64,000 nt of DNA from an uncultured delta proteobacterium (GCA_963771465.1 CAVYTU010000015.1:96001-160000), one strand, 5' to 3'; positions 1 to 9,994 are shown, numbered from the stretch's first letter. Made by a program: numbers and translations. Notes: generated by a model not told the origin, from the letters alone.

Positions 1-270
1 GAGGCGCACTAGCTCGGCGGCCAGTTCAGGGAGCCGTTCCGCTCTGCTATCGCCGTAGCGGTATTCGATGATGATGTTTTGCCCATCGACGTAACCCAGT
101 TTTCGCAGGCCATCGAGAAACGCGTCGCGTCTCGCCGAGTTAGCGGCGAGCGACGATAGTGTTAGATAGCCGATCCGCGGATTCTTGCCCGCCGACAATT
201 GTGCCTGCGACGAGGGCACACCTGCCAGCAGAAAGACTGCGAGCGCGATACGGGAAACGCTTCTACCCAT
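1..270 (-). CDS. ABC transporter substrate-binding protein (ABC_sub_bind type), 5' part; runs off window start
   Basis: Manual translation from ATG 270: MGRSVSRIALAVFLLAG...PRIGYL...RRDAFLDGLRKLGYVDGQNIIIEYRYGDSRAERLPELAAELVRL; signal peptide plus the typical family N-terminus. Confidence 0.85.
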   Translation of the reverse strand, partial: MGRSVSRIALAVFLLAGVPSSQAQLSAGKNPRIGYLTLSSLAANSARRDAFLDGLRKLGYVDGQNIIIEYRYGDSRAERLPELAAELVRL

Positions 271-556
271 GACTCTTCCCCCGAAGGATCGATGATAACT
301 GAGTTCTGATCGCTAATTTCTACCCGTTGTCTCTTACCGCAACCTTGATACCAGTGTCGAGCGTATTGCTCGGGCGAGCGTGGTGGTTAATTATTAAGAA
401 GTCTGCAAAATCAGCGGTGGGTCGGAGATTCGCAGTCTATACCAGAGTAGTCAACCTGCTACACGCTGTAACAGATTTGATACAACTTGGCCCAACGATG
501 TCCGATCAAGATTGGAAATTCGAAGCTCGAAGAAAAGGTCCGCCGACCGAAACAGA

Positions 557-632
557 TCTTTGCGCCATGGCGATGCTTTATGCGAGATATTCGGGACAGA
601 TTCTTTATGCGTCCTTTGCGTTCTCTGCGGCC
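557..632. repeat. Degenerate tandem ~9-mer (CTTTGCG-type) REP-like intergenic element
   Basis: CTTTGCGCC...CTTTATGCG TCCTTTGCG TTCTCTGCGG just downstream of the AAA gene stop. Confidence 0.5.
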
Positions 633-655
633 CAGTCTTTCCGAATCCGATGCTT

Positions 656-2812
656 TTACTTTGTGGCCTTTGTGATGAATTCAGAATCCGCCTTCTCAGC
701 ATTGGCGCGTTCCAGCAGCACTTGTTCCAAGGCGGCGAGCAGATGCGACGGCGAGAGTGAAATGTCTTTGCGATAATTGCCGTCGCGCAGGCCGACCAGT
801 TTGGCTTTCTCGCAGATCGCCGAGAGATCGGCGCCGGAGAAACCTTCGCTGCGCTCGGCCGCGGTTGCGATCGCCTGGTCGAGCTTTTCTTTTTCAGGAA
901 TGCTCGACAGTAGTACCGTGAGTATTTCTTTGCGGCCTGCTAAATCGGGCAGGCCGACGTAGATTTCTAATCCAAGCCGGCCCGGCCTGAGCAGCGCGGG
1001 ATCGAGCAAATCGCGCCGGTTGGTGGCGGCCAGAACAATCACCTGGCTCGCGGCGCGTAGCCCGTCCATCTCGGCGAGCAGTTGGTTGACCACTCGTTCG
1101 GTGGTGGCGTTGGCCGCTTCGCCGCGCCGTTTGGGCGCGATGGCATCGATCTGATCGAACAGAATTACGGTCGGCTGCACCTGGCGCGCCATCTGAAAGA
1201 CATCGCGGATGGTCTGCTCCGATTCGCCGAGCCACATGCTGAAAATCTCCGGGCCGTTGACCGGAATAAAATTGGCGCCGCATTCATGCGCCAGTGCCTT
1301 GGCAACCATCGTCTTACCCGTTCCCGGCGGACCGTAGAGCAAGATCCCCGGTGAGCGGCGCAGGCCCAGCCGAGCGAAGGCGTCGGGATAGATCAACGGC
1401 GTTTCCACCGCCTCGCGCAGCTGGTTGATGACCTTGTTCATGCCGCCGATATCTTTCCAACCGACATCCGGCGTCACCCATAAAGTCTCGCGCAATGCGG
1501 AAGGCGAAGTTTTCTCCAGCGCGGCAACGAAGTCGTCTTTTTTGACGACGATCTGTTCCAAACTGCCGGCGCCGCGTAGCGAAGAGAATCCCGGGCCGGC
1601 GGCGGCGCGCAGCGCGGTGAGTCCGGCTTGGCGCACTAACTCCATCAGATCGGCGCCGACGTAGCCGTGGGTGCGGTGCGCTACCTCCGGCAAAAACGCG
1701 ATCGCCTCTTCATCCATCGGCACGCGCCGGGTGTGGATGTTGAGGATTTCCAAGCGCCCTTCGGCGTTAGGCGGCGCAATGAATATCTCGCGGTCGAAAC
1801 GGCCTGGCCGACGCAGCGCCGGATCGACCGAATCGACTCGATTGGTCGTGCCGATGACGACGACGTCTTCCATGCTGACCAAGCCATCGAGCAGAGAAAG
1901 CAATTGTGTCCCCATGCGCACGTCGGCTTGCGAGCCGCTCTCGCCGCGGCGCGGCGCGATGGCGTCCAACTCATCCATCATGACGATCGACGGACTATGT
2001 TCCATCGCCTCTTCGAAGACCCGGCGCAAATTGGCCTCGGTGCCGCCATGCACGGAGCTCACCAGCTCGGGGCCGTTGACGTAAAGAAAGTGCGCGCCGA
2101 TCTCGTTGGCGATCGCTTTCGCCAAATAAGTTTTGCCGACTCCCGGCGGTCCGTAGAAAAGAATGCCGCGCGGCGCTTCGATGCCGAGGTGTTCGTAGAC
2201 TTGCGGAAACTGGATCGGACACTCGACCAACTCGCGGATCGTCTCGATCTCGGCGGACAGCCCGCCGACATCGTCGAAGGTCACCATGTTCGCCGCGACG
2301 CCGGCGCGCAGCGCGCTGGTGCGCAGCACCACCCGGGTATTTTCGCCGACAAACGAGCGGTCGGGCTCGGCGGAGATGACGCGGAAAATAATATTGCGCG
2401 GAAACTCGAATAGCTTTACCGACAGCACCATGCCGCTGCACGTCAATTGTTTCTCTTCGACAAAGCGAGTTTGTAGCTCGCGCTCCAGCGTCGTCAGGTT
2501 GCCGGTGAGCGGCGCCATCGGTTCCAACACCAGTCGTTTGGCTTCGTCGATCTTTACCGAGTTGAAAGTGATTTTTTCGCGCAGATCGGGTTTTAGAAAC
2601 TGAATCTGAAAGCGGTCCAAACGGACGCAGCCGCGCCCTTCATCCTGCGGCCGCGCCGCAACCCGCGCCAACAGCCGGCGCGCCCGCTGCGTGGTCAATT
2701 CCACCACACTGCCATCCGCGATGCCGTCTTGTTTGAGAATCAACGGATCGACAAAGGCGATATTGCGCCCGCTCTCCGCGCTCGGTAGCCGTTCCACCGG
2801 CAGTTGTGTCAT
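656..2812 (-). CDS. Cdc48/p97/VAT-family double-ring AAA+ ATPase
   Basis: N-domain (about 175 aa) plus two AAA modules: GPPGVGKT/MMDELD/TTNR..DPALRRPGRFD and GPPGTGKT/LFDQID/ATNR..DPALLRPGRLG. Confidence 0.92.
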   Translation of the reverse strand: MTQLPVERLPSAESGRNIAFVDPLILKQDGIADGSVVELTTQRARRLLARVAARPQDEGRGCVRLDRFQIQFLKPDLREKITFNSVKIDEAKRLVLEPMAPLTGNLTTLERELQTRFVEEKQLTCSGMVLSVKLFEFPRNIIFRVISAEPDRSFVGENTRVVLRTSALRAGVAANMVTFDDVGGLSAEIETIRELVECPIQFPQVYEHLGIEAPRGILFYGPPGVGKTYLAKAIANEIGAHFLYVNGPELVSSVHGGTEANLRRVFEEAMEHSPSIVMMDELDAIAPRRGESGSQADVRMGTQLLSLLDGLVSMEDVVVIGTTNRVDSVDPALRRPGRFDREIFIAPPNAEGRLEILNIHTRRVPMDEEAIAFLPEVAHRTHGYVGADLMELVRQAGLTALRAAAGPGFSSLRGAGSLEQIVVKKDDFVAALEKTSPSALRETLWVTPDVGWKDIGGMNKVINQLREAVETPLIYPDAFARLGLRRSPGILLYGPPGTGKTMVAKALAHECGANFIPVNGPEIFSMWLGESEQTIRDVFQMARQVQPTVILFDQIDAIAPKRRGEAANATTERVVNQLLAEMDGLRAASQVIVLAATNRRDLLDPALLRPGRLGLEIYVGLPDLAGRKEILTVLLSSIPEKEKLDQAIATAAERSEGFSGADLSAICEKAKLVGLRDGNYRKDISLSPSHLLAALEQVLLERANAEKADSEFITKATK

Positions 2813-2965
2813 TCGTAACGTCCTCCGATCAGTAGCCGGAATTTATCAGCGAGAAGGTGCCGCGTTTTTTCCTCGGCACACTGGAACATTCGGGCTTGAA
2901 TCGCGCTCATGGCTCGCGCTCGTAGGCAAACGATTACGAGTCACGAGCAGAACACGAACACGATT

Positions 2966-4087
2966 TCACGACTTGTTCCAACTCGAAGCGTCGCTGATAT
3001 GTTCGATGCCGCCGAGAAACTCATGGGACAGCTGGCGCGACCAGCTCGAGATCAGTCGCGCCGGGCTGCTGCCGTCGTTGAAATGCTGATGCGCCGTCAT
3101 CGGCGGGATGCAGATCACATCGCCGGCTTCCCACGGATATTTGGTCTGCTCGTGGACATCGTAGCCTTTGCCCGCTTGCACGTAGATCATTTCCTCGAAG
3201 ATATGGCGGTGTTTGCCGGTGTGGCCGTTGGCCTCGATCTCCATCGTCATCAGGTCCATGGCCCGCGCCGCCACCTCGGTCCACAGGCTGATGTAAAATT
3301 TGAGCTTGCCCTGCCGGGTGTTTTCCAGCGCCGTGTCGGCGCCCTTGATCACCCGCGGCCCTTTTACTTCGGTGTTGTTCTCTTCGACCAGTCGATCGAG
3401 AAACCAATCGTACTTGGTTTTTCCCGTGGCGCCTTGCTTCACCGCTCGGCGCGCCGAGAATACCGCTTCGCGCTTGCCGTCGGCGCCTTTGCGCACTTCC
3501 ATGTCTTCTTCCAAGCCGAGCAAACCGCGCGGGACTTTGAATCCAACCAGCTGTCCCGCGTTATCTTTGATCGGCAGCGTTCCTTCGGGAATCGATTTGA
3601 AATCGAACTGCTCCTGCCACAAAAGACCGAGCACGTGCCAGAGCCGCACCTGCGGCAGCCAGGCGCGAAAGCCGGTTTTGTCGTCGGCAATGAACTCCTG
3701 TGTAGTGTACGGCGGGATGACCACAACGTCGTTGGCTGAGAAAGCGTAGCTCTGGCCGTCTTGCACCGAGGTGCCGCTGCCTTCGAGAATATACGCGGTC
3801 ATCGACGGAATCAGCCGGACTTTTTCGCTCCGCTCGCCGGCTTTGAGATCGATAAAGCTGGCGGTCAAAGCACTCAGCGGCGCGACAGTGAAGCGCTCGA
3901 AGACACGCAGGTCGCCCAGGATATGGCCGCCCTTGGCGAACATCGGCGGCTTGACCACCCGCGGCAACAACTCCATGCGCTCGCGCTCGAGCTTCTGTTT
4001 AATGAACCGACCCTCGTAATCGTAATAGAGCTTTGGGTCGACTTCCGTCTCGCGCAAATTTTCTCGGACTCGTTCTTTCTCCGCCAT
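2966..4087 (-). CDS. Bicupin protein (gentisate 1,2-dioxygenase-like architecture); N-terminal cupin lacks His ligands
   Basis: C-domain GKHRHIFEE...WEAGDVICIPPMTAHQHFN; N-domain has KVRLIP and TTQEF where paralogs have HRHI and HQH. Confidence 0.8.
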   Translation of the reverse strand: MAEKERVRENLRETEVDPKLYYDYEGRFIKQKLERERMELLPRVVKPPMFAKGGHILGDLRVFERFTVAPLSALTASFIDLKAGERSEKVRLIPSMTAYILEGSGTSVQDGQSYAFSANDVVVIPPYTTQEFIADDKTGFRAWLPQVRLWHVLGLLWQEQFDFKSIPEGTLPIKDNAGQLVGFKVPRGLLGLEEDMEVRKGADGKREAVFSARRAVKQGATGKTKYDWFLDRLVEENNTEVKGPRVIKGADTALENTRQGKLKFYISLWTEVAARAMDLMTMEIEANGHTGKHRHIFEEMIYVQAGKGYDVHEQTKYPWEAGDVICIPPMTAHQHFNDGSSPARLISSWSRQLSHEFLGGIEHISDASSWNKS

Positions 4088-4092
4088 GATTC

Positions 4093-5238
4093 CTATCTTC
4101 CTTTCTCGTTGTATTCGGGGGCGTCTTCGATTTGCTCAATGCCGCCGACGCCAAGATCGGCACACATGCTCGGCATGGAGCTCATCAGCAGCACCGGATT
4201 GTCGGGATCGCTGTTGAAATGCTGATGTTCGACCATGGCCGGAATATTGATCAAATCGCCCTTCTGCCAATTCCACCGCTCGCCGTCGTGAATGTCATAG
4301 CCGTTGCCGTTGATGATGAAGATTTGCTCCTCGGCCATATGACGATGTTTGCCCGACCGGCTCGCCGGTGGAATTTCTTGCAGGTAGAGCCACACGCGCC
4401 GCGCCGATGAGTCAACGTGGGGATGGGTGTACCATTTCAACCGTCCCTGCCGCGTCCACTCCCACGGTTGTTCTTCGTAGCGAATGACGTGGGTAATGGA
4501 TTTGCAGAACTTGACCTCGTCGCCGAGCAGCTTCAAGTAACGATCGTAAGTATTTTCCGTCGGACCGCTCCACTCTTTGCTCTCCAAGCGGGCGCGAAAC
4601 ACGCCCTCGACGTCGGGTGATGGCCCGAGGAAAACGTCGATGTCTTCGGTGATTCCCAGGATGCCTTTTTTGATCCGGTAGCCGATCAGCTTCTTGTCAT
4701 TGTCGTATAGCGGCTCTGTGCCCGCCGGGAACGTCGGCTTATCAGCAAACTTGATCTGCTCGCGGTGCAACAACCCGAGGGCGTGGATCATGCGCGACTG
4801 CGGCACGTAGATTTGGCAGCCAACGTCGCGGTCGCCGCCATGTTGATGAATCGTGTACGGTGGCACGATCAATAAATCGAATACTTCGAATTCATAAGTC
4901 ACGCCGTCGTTCCACTCCCACCCCTTACCGGCGATGCAGAATAAAGTCGGCGCGCTAATATGGCGGTGCGCGCCGCGCACCGGCGCGTTGGCCGGAATAT
5001 CGGAAAAATGACAAGTGAGGATATGCATTGGCGCGCGGTTCAGGATGTCGTAGCAGAGCAGATCGCCGGTCTGATGCGGACTGCTGTGACCGTTCATCGT
5101 TCCCTGCGGCGGAATTGGCTTTATCACTCGCGGCAGTTGATTGACGAAGTATTCCTCCCGATCCTGATGCACAAAACGCTTCAGCCGATCCGAATGAGCG
5201 ACTTCCGCGTTACTTTCCCATGGTGTTAAGTCAGACAT
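4093..5238 (-). CDS. Bicupin protein, paralog 2
   Basis: GAHRHIS...PPYTIHQHGG and GKHRHMAEE...IPAMVEHQHFN. Confidence 0.85.
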   Translation of the reverse strand: MSDLTPWESNAEVAHSDRLKRFVHQDREEYFVNQLPRVIKPIPPQGTMNGHSSPHQTGDLLCYDILNRAPMHILTCHFSDIPANAPVRGAHRHISAPTLFCIAGKGWEWNDGVTYEFEVFDLLIVPPYTIHQHGGDRDVGCQIYVPQSRMIHALGLLHREQIKFADKPTFPAGTEPLYDNDKKLIGYRIKKGILGITEDIDVFLGPSPDVEGVFRARLESKEWSGPTENTYDRYLKLLGDEVKFCKSITHVIRYEEQPWEWTRQGRLKWYTHPHVDSSARRVWLYLQEIPPASRSGKHRHMAEEQIFIINGNGYDIHDGERWNWQKGDLINIPAMVEHQHFNSDPDNPVLLMSSMPSMCADLGVGGIEQIEDAPEYNEKGR

Positions 5239-5262
5239 TCAAAACCTCCGAGTGTAGAAACT

Positions 5263-5369
5263 GGTCGAGGATAGAGGATAGAAGATCGAGGATGGCAAAT
5301 CCGAACTCTGACGTCCGACCGCCGACCTCTGTCTTTCAATCTTCCATCCTCAATCCTCTATCGTCGACC
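5263..5369. repeat. Imperfect inverted repeat built of GAGGATA-like heptamers
   Basis: Left arm GGTCGAGGATAGAGGATAGAAGATCGAGGATGG; reverse complement of right arm GGTCGACGATAGAGGATTGAGGATGGAAGATTG. Confidence 0.7.
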
Positions 5370-6493
5370 TATCCACTAAACTCCGGCGCATCTTCCAACT
5401 GCTCGATGCCACCGACGCCTAAATTAATATACGTCGCCGGCATGGCGCAGAGCAGCTTCACAGGATCGGCGCCGGAATTGAAATGCTGATGCTCGGTCAT
5501 GCCGGGGATGCAAATCAAATCGCCCTGCTCCCAGTTCCAGCGCTCGCCATCGTGGACGTCGTAGCCTTTGCCTTCGAGCACCAAGATCAACTCTTCCGAC
5601 ACATGGCGATGACGGCCGGAACGGCTGCCGGGAGGGATTTCGTGGAAGTAGATATATTTACGCTTGGTCGCGATCACCATTTCCGGATGGATAAGCCATT
5701 TGATTTTGCCCTGCCGGGTCAATTCCCAGGGTTCGTCCTTTTCCATCACGACGTGCGGCGCGTGACGGCAGAGATCAGCCTCTTCATGCATCAGCTTCAT
5801 GTAGCGGTCATAGGTATTTTCCACCGGACTCGTCCAGTTACCCGCGCCGCGGCGCGCTTGAAAGCTCGCTTCACGGTTGGGCTCCGGCCCCAAGATGACT
5901 TCGATGTCTTTGGTGATGCCGAGCACGCCTTGCTTGATGCGGTAGCCGATCAAATTTCCTTCGGCGTCATTGATCGGTTCGGTGCCCTGGGGAAAGGTCG
6001 GCTTCTCGTTGAGCTTATGCTGCTCGCGCCAGATCAGTCCCAAGACATGATGGATGCGGCCATCTTCGGGAACGAAGATCGTACAGCCGATGTCCTTGTC
6101 GCCGCCGTGCTGGTGCACGGTGTAGGGCGGCACGGTTAGAATATCGTAGGTTTCGAAATTGTAAGTCTCGCCGTCGTTCCACTCCCAGCCTTTGCCGGTG
6201 AGGCAGAAGAGCGATGGCGCGCCGATATGCCGGTGGGCGCCGCGCACCGGCGCGTGCGGCGCAATGCGGGTAAAGTGACTGGTCATGCAGTAAAGCGGCC
6301 CGCGCGTCAGCATGTCATAGGAAATGTGATCACCGGTCTGATGCGGGCTATCCATGCCCATCACCGTCGGCTGCATCGGCAGTTGTTTCAGCGCATGCGG
6401 CAACGACTGTGCTTTGGTATCTTCCTGGCGCTGATAAACAAACCGCTTCATCTGGTCCGGCACGTTCTCAATTTCACGCCACGGTTCGAGCAT
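5369..6493 (-). CDS. Bicupin protein, paralog 3
   Basis: GAHRHIG...PPYTVHQHGG and GRHRHVSEE...IPGMTEHQHFN. Confidence 0.85.
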   Translation of the reverse strand: MLEPWREIENVPDQMKRFVYQRQEDTKAQSLPHALKQLPMQPTVMGMDSPHQTGDHISYDMLTRGPLYCMTSHFTRIAPHAPVRGAHRHIGAPSLFCLTGKGWEWNDGETYNFETYDILTVPPYTVHQHGGDKDIGCTIFVPEDGRIHHVLGLIWREQHKLNEKPTFPQGTEPINDAEGNLIGYRIKQGVLGITKDIEVILGPEPNREASFQARRGAGNWTSPVENTYDRYMKLMHEEADLCRHAPHVVMEKDEPWELTRQGKIKWLIHPEMVIATKRKYIYFHEIPPGSRSGRHRHVSEELILVLEGKGYDVHDGERWNWEQGDLICIPGMTEHQHFNSGADPVKLLCAMPATYINLGVGGIEQLEDAPEFSG

Positions 6494-6591
6494 TGCTTCG
6501 GCCTCTTACTAATTTTTATTCACCACGAAGGACGTGGAATGGAAAGTTATTCGCAAAGCTGCCGAGTTTGCGGTCTTTGCGGCAAACCTCT

Positions 6592-7707
6592 TCACTCCGG
6601 CGCGTCTTCCAACTGTTCGATGCCGCCCAGACCTAATTCGGCGTAAATGCTCGGCGCCGCGCTGAACAAAAGCGCCGGGCTATCGCCGAGAGAAAAATGC
6701 TGGTGCGTAGTCATCGTCGGGATACAGATCAGATCGCCCTGCTCCCAGTTCCAACGCTCGCCGTCATGGATGTCGTAGCCTTTACCCTCAAGCACGAGAA
6801 TCAATTCTTCCGCTACATGCCGGTGCTGCCCGGAACGGCTGCCCGAATCGATCTGCTGGAAATAAATCCACGCATGATTGGTCGCGGTTTGCGTATGCGG
6901 ATGAACCATCCATTTAATTTTTCCTTGGCGGGTTTGCTCCCAAGGCTCTTTGGTATCGCGCGCGACGTGATCCACCTTGCGGCAGAAGTCCGCCTCGTCA
7001 TGCATGAGCTTGAGGTAGCGGTCATAGGTGCTTTCCACCGAGCCGTTGAATGAACCCGCCGTCCGGCGCGCCTGAAAGCTCGCTTCGCGATTGGGTTCCG
7101 TACCGAGAATGACTTCGATATCCTCGGTGATGCCGAGCACGCCTTTCTTGATTCGGTATCCTTTCAGTACGCCGTCTTCGCCGTAGATCGGCTCGGTGCC
7201 GTCGCGGAAAGTCGGCTTCTCGTTGAGCTTATGCTGCTCGCGCCAGGTGAGGCCCATGAGATTGCCCACCCGGCCGGTCTCAGGCACGTAGATCGTGCAG
7301 CCGATATCTTTGTCGCCGCCATGCTGATGCATGGTGTAGGGCGGCACGATGAGCAGATCGTAGGCTTCGAAATTGTAAGTTTCGCCGTCGTTCCACTCCC
7401 AGCCTTTGCCGGTAACGCAAAATAATGTCGGCGCGCCAATATGGCGATGCATGCCTCGTACCGGCGCCTGCGGCGCCACCCGAGTGAAATGGCTGGTCAT
7501 GCAGTAGAACGGCCCACGGGTCAGCATGTCGTAGCAAACATGGTCGCCGGTCTGGTGCGGACTATCCATGCCCATCACCGTCGGCTGCATCGGCAATTGC
7601 TTCAAAACATGCGGCAATGAACGCGCCTTGGCGTCTTCCTGCTGCTGATAGACGAAACGCTTGATCTGATCGGGCTCACGCTGAACTTCACGCCATGGCT
7701 CAAGCAT
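6592..7707 (-). CDS. Bicupin protein, paralog 4 (closest to paralog 3)
   Basis: GMHRHIG...HQHGG and GQHRHVAEE...HQHFS; start moved to ATG 7707 (AGAGGT RBS; MLEPWRE matches paralog 3). Confidence 0.85.
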   Translation of the reverse strand: MLEPWREVQREPDQIKRFVYQQQEDAKARSLPHVLKQLPMQPTVMGMDSPHQTGDHVCYDMLTRGPFYCMTSHFTRVAPQAPVRGMHRHIGAPTLFCVTGKGWEWNDGETYNFEAYDLLIVPPYTMHQHGGDKDIGCTIYVPETGRVGNLMGLTWREQHKLNEKPTFRDGTEPIYGEDGVLKGYRIKKGVLGITEDIEVILGTEPNREASFQARRTAGSFNGSVESTYDRYLKLMHDEADFCRKVDHVARDTKEPWEQTRQGKIKWMVHPHTQTATNHAWIYFQQIDSGSRSGQHRHVAEELILVLEGKGYDIHDGERWNWEQGDLICIPTMTTHQHFSLGDSPALLFSAAPSIYAELGLGGIEQLEDAPE

Positions 7708-7766
7708 AGTATTTACCTCTGCCAAATTTGAATATTCACAACGGATCCCCCAAGCTTGGGGCCTGT

Positions 7767-8780
7767 CTACAACCCCAACGTCGCCGGCGCGAACAGCTCT
7801 TCGAGTTTGAACTTGTTCTTCGTCAGCCCCTGCTCGTGCGAAAAATCGACGATGGTTTGCAACATATTTTTATTCGCCTTGATACCGTAGGGGAACGGAT
7901 CGTTGCCGAAAATCGCGCGCGTCTTGGCCAAATATTCATCGCGGAATATCAGACCGCTGGGAATGCTATCTTTGAAACGCTCTTGCCAATACTCTTTGCT
8001 CGCGACAAGCGCTTTGTAGAGATTAAATGCCAGCCAGGGATATTTGCGGTCGATGTCGCCGCGAATGATATAGGCATGGTTTGCCGGGACGTAACCGTGT
8101 TTTTTGAAATAACGTGTTCCCTCTTCGATGATATCGGGGAATAGCGGCTTCACCTTGCTCCAGTCGCCGCCGCGGGCGCGAATCTGCGTGGAGCGGTCGA
8201 CGATGTTGCTCTCACGCGAAAAGGCGCGGTGCACAGACGCCACGTCAAGCTCATTGTTGACCATCATCGATGCCAGGCTCTTGTCGTTGGGGATCCGGTG
8301 GAACTTGATTCCCGGCGGCGGCGTAAAGCCGGTGGCGCCGCCGTGGCTTAGTTCTTCGCTTCGTTCCATGTACCAATCGACCTTGTACTGCGATACGCCG
8401 AAATCATGCTCCAATATACCGCGCACCCATAAGGACGCGGTTTGCTGATACTCGCCCACGCCGATGCGCTTGCCGACGATGTCTTCCGGCTTCTTGATGC
8501 CTGAATCGACGTGGTAGGAAAGCTGGCAATGCATGAAGCGACGCGATGGGAAGACGGGAATCGCAATCATGTCCATGCCGTTCGACTTGGCAATCAGATA
8601 CGATGACAGTGACATTTCCGCAATCTCGAACTCCTGAAAGTTGAGCTGGCGCCAGAAGGTTTCCGACGGATCGGAGTAAGTCGTGATCAGCTCAGCGCCT
8701 TCGATGGGCACCGCGCCATTGATTACCGGCTCAACCCGCTCGTTTTCACCGGTGATGAAACTAAATTGCAATTTGGCCAT
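7767..8780 (-). CDS. 4,5-dihydroxyphthalate decarboxylase-like protein (PBP2 fold, OphC/Pht5 family)
   Basis: ETFWRQL..EFEIAEMSLSSY...IPVFPSRRF...GKRIGVGEYQQTA.LW.RGIL...DPFPYG..AN. Confidence 0.75.
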   Translation of the reverse strand: MAKLQFSFITGENERVEPVINGAVPIEGAELITTYSDPSETFWRQLNFQEFEIAEMSLSSYLIAKSNGMDMIAIPVFPSRRFMHCQLSYHVDSGIKKPEDIVGKRIGVGEYQQTASLWVRGILEHDFGVSQYKVDWYMERSEELSHGGATGFTPPPGIKFHRIPNDKSLASMMVNNELDVASVHRAFSRESNIVDRSTQIRARGGDWSKVKPLFPDIIEEGTRYFKKHGYVPANHAYIIRGDIDRKYPWLAFNLYKALVASKEYWQERFKDSIPSGLIFRDEYLAKTRAIFGNDPFPYGIKANKNMLQTIVDFSHEQGLTKNKFKLEELFAPATLGL

Positions 8781-8893
8781 GGTTATTTACCTCCTGTGCT
8801 TTCGCTTCCTGGGTCAGATGATTGTCCGTCTATGGAGAATCACATGGCTTCCGATATCCGCTCTCCGACACCGACGCGTCATTCTCACCGGCC

Positions 8894-9994
8894 TCACTTT
8901 ATCTCGTTAACCAGCTTCTTCACCACGTCGCGATCCCAGACATCAGGCCCCCACAGCCGCTGGTATTTTACATTTTTCTGCCGGTGCGCCCAGGCAGGGA
9001 AGTCATCTTTGGGAATGTCTTCGCGTAAAGAATTGGGACCCGGGTCGTTTGGCTCGCCCTTCTGGACGGCGATCTGTCCCTCGCGCGAGAGAAACCAGTT
9101 GATCATCACCTTGGCGGCGTTTGGATGGGGTGCCTTGTTCAATAGCGCGATCATCGTCCCGCCAGCTTCCATCGCCACGCCTTCTTTCGACATCGCATGG
9201 GGATCCATCACGTCTACCGGCAGGCCCTGCTTCTTGGCTTCGTCGACTTCGGTCGCTTTAGCCGTGATCGCAATCGGCACTTTTCCCGACGCGATCCAGT
9301 CGGTCTGTTGGCGCTCGTCGCGCACTAAAGTAAGCCCGCCGACGGTTATAAGTTTTTTCAAATACTCCTGGCCCAAACTCGGATTATAGTAGAGAAACAG
9401 TAGCGGGCTAGCACCCCCTGGGTCGTTGGGATCCTTCGCGCTGACCTTGCCTTTCCATTTCGGGTCGAGCAGATCCCAGAACGATGTCAGACTTTTTGGA
9501 TCGACCAGCTTGGTGTTATAAGCCACCATGCGCAGAGGAAAGGCGGCGTAGATGAAAATGTAACGGTTCTCACCGTCATTATAATGATGCTTGCCGTCAA
9601 ACCATTTCGAAGCATCTTTCACCTCGGGCATGATCAGCGCCGGGGGGATCGGATCAAAGGCCTTGGCATTCAACATCGTCATCGCCGTGCCGCCGCCCGT
9701 TCGGACAACGTCGGCGAGATATTTTCCCGCACGCCGCTCAGCCATAATGCGCTGCAAGATTTGCGACCCGCTGCCGGTGATCAAATTGAGTTTGATCTTG
9801 GGATATCTTTTCTGGAAAGCATGGAACTCGGCATCCGTGGCCAGCTTGTAAACGGTGACTTGCCCTTCCTGCTCCGCCGCCTTAACTGTCCGCTCCCATT
9901 CATCGCCTGGCGAACTTACCGCCGCCGCAAAGCTCGTCCCATGCAGCAAGAACGTGGATAAACTAAGCGCCACCAGGCTTCTGAGAAGCATCAT
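8894..9994 (-). CDS. ABC extracellular solute-binding protein (Fe3+/AfuA-like family)
   Basis: Signal peptide; AAEQEGQV, YNTKLV, WDLLDPKWKGK, APHPNAAKVMINWFLSREGQ. Confidence 0.85.
   Translation of the reverse strand: MMLLRSLVALSLSTFLLHGTSFAAAVSSPGDEWERTVKAAEQEGQVTVYKLATDAEFHAFQKRYPKIKLNLITGSGSQILQRIMAERRAGKYLADVVRTGGGTAMTMLNAKAFDPIPPALIMPEVKDASKWFDGKHHYNDGENRYIFIYAAFPLRMVAYNTKLVDPKSLTSFWDLLDPKWKGKVSAKDPNDPGGASPLLFLYYNPSLGQEYLKKLITVGGLTLVRDERQQTDWIASGKVPIAITAKATEVDEAKKQGLPVDVMDPHAMSKEGVAMEAGGTMIALLNKAPHPNAAKVMINWFLSREGQIAVQKGEPNDPGPNSLREDIPKDDFPAWAHRQKNVKYQRLWGPDVWDRDVVKKLVNEIK

Noticed and set aside
327-776. Plus-strand ORFs 327-776 and 512-760
   Set aside because: They overlap the AAA gene antisense and translate a repeat element (LCVLCVLCG); no family motifs
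656-2812. Proteasome-activating ATPase or FtsH
   Set aside because: No HbYX tail, no proteasome or pup genes, no TM or protease domain
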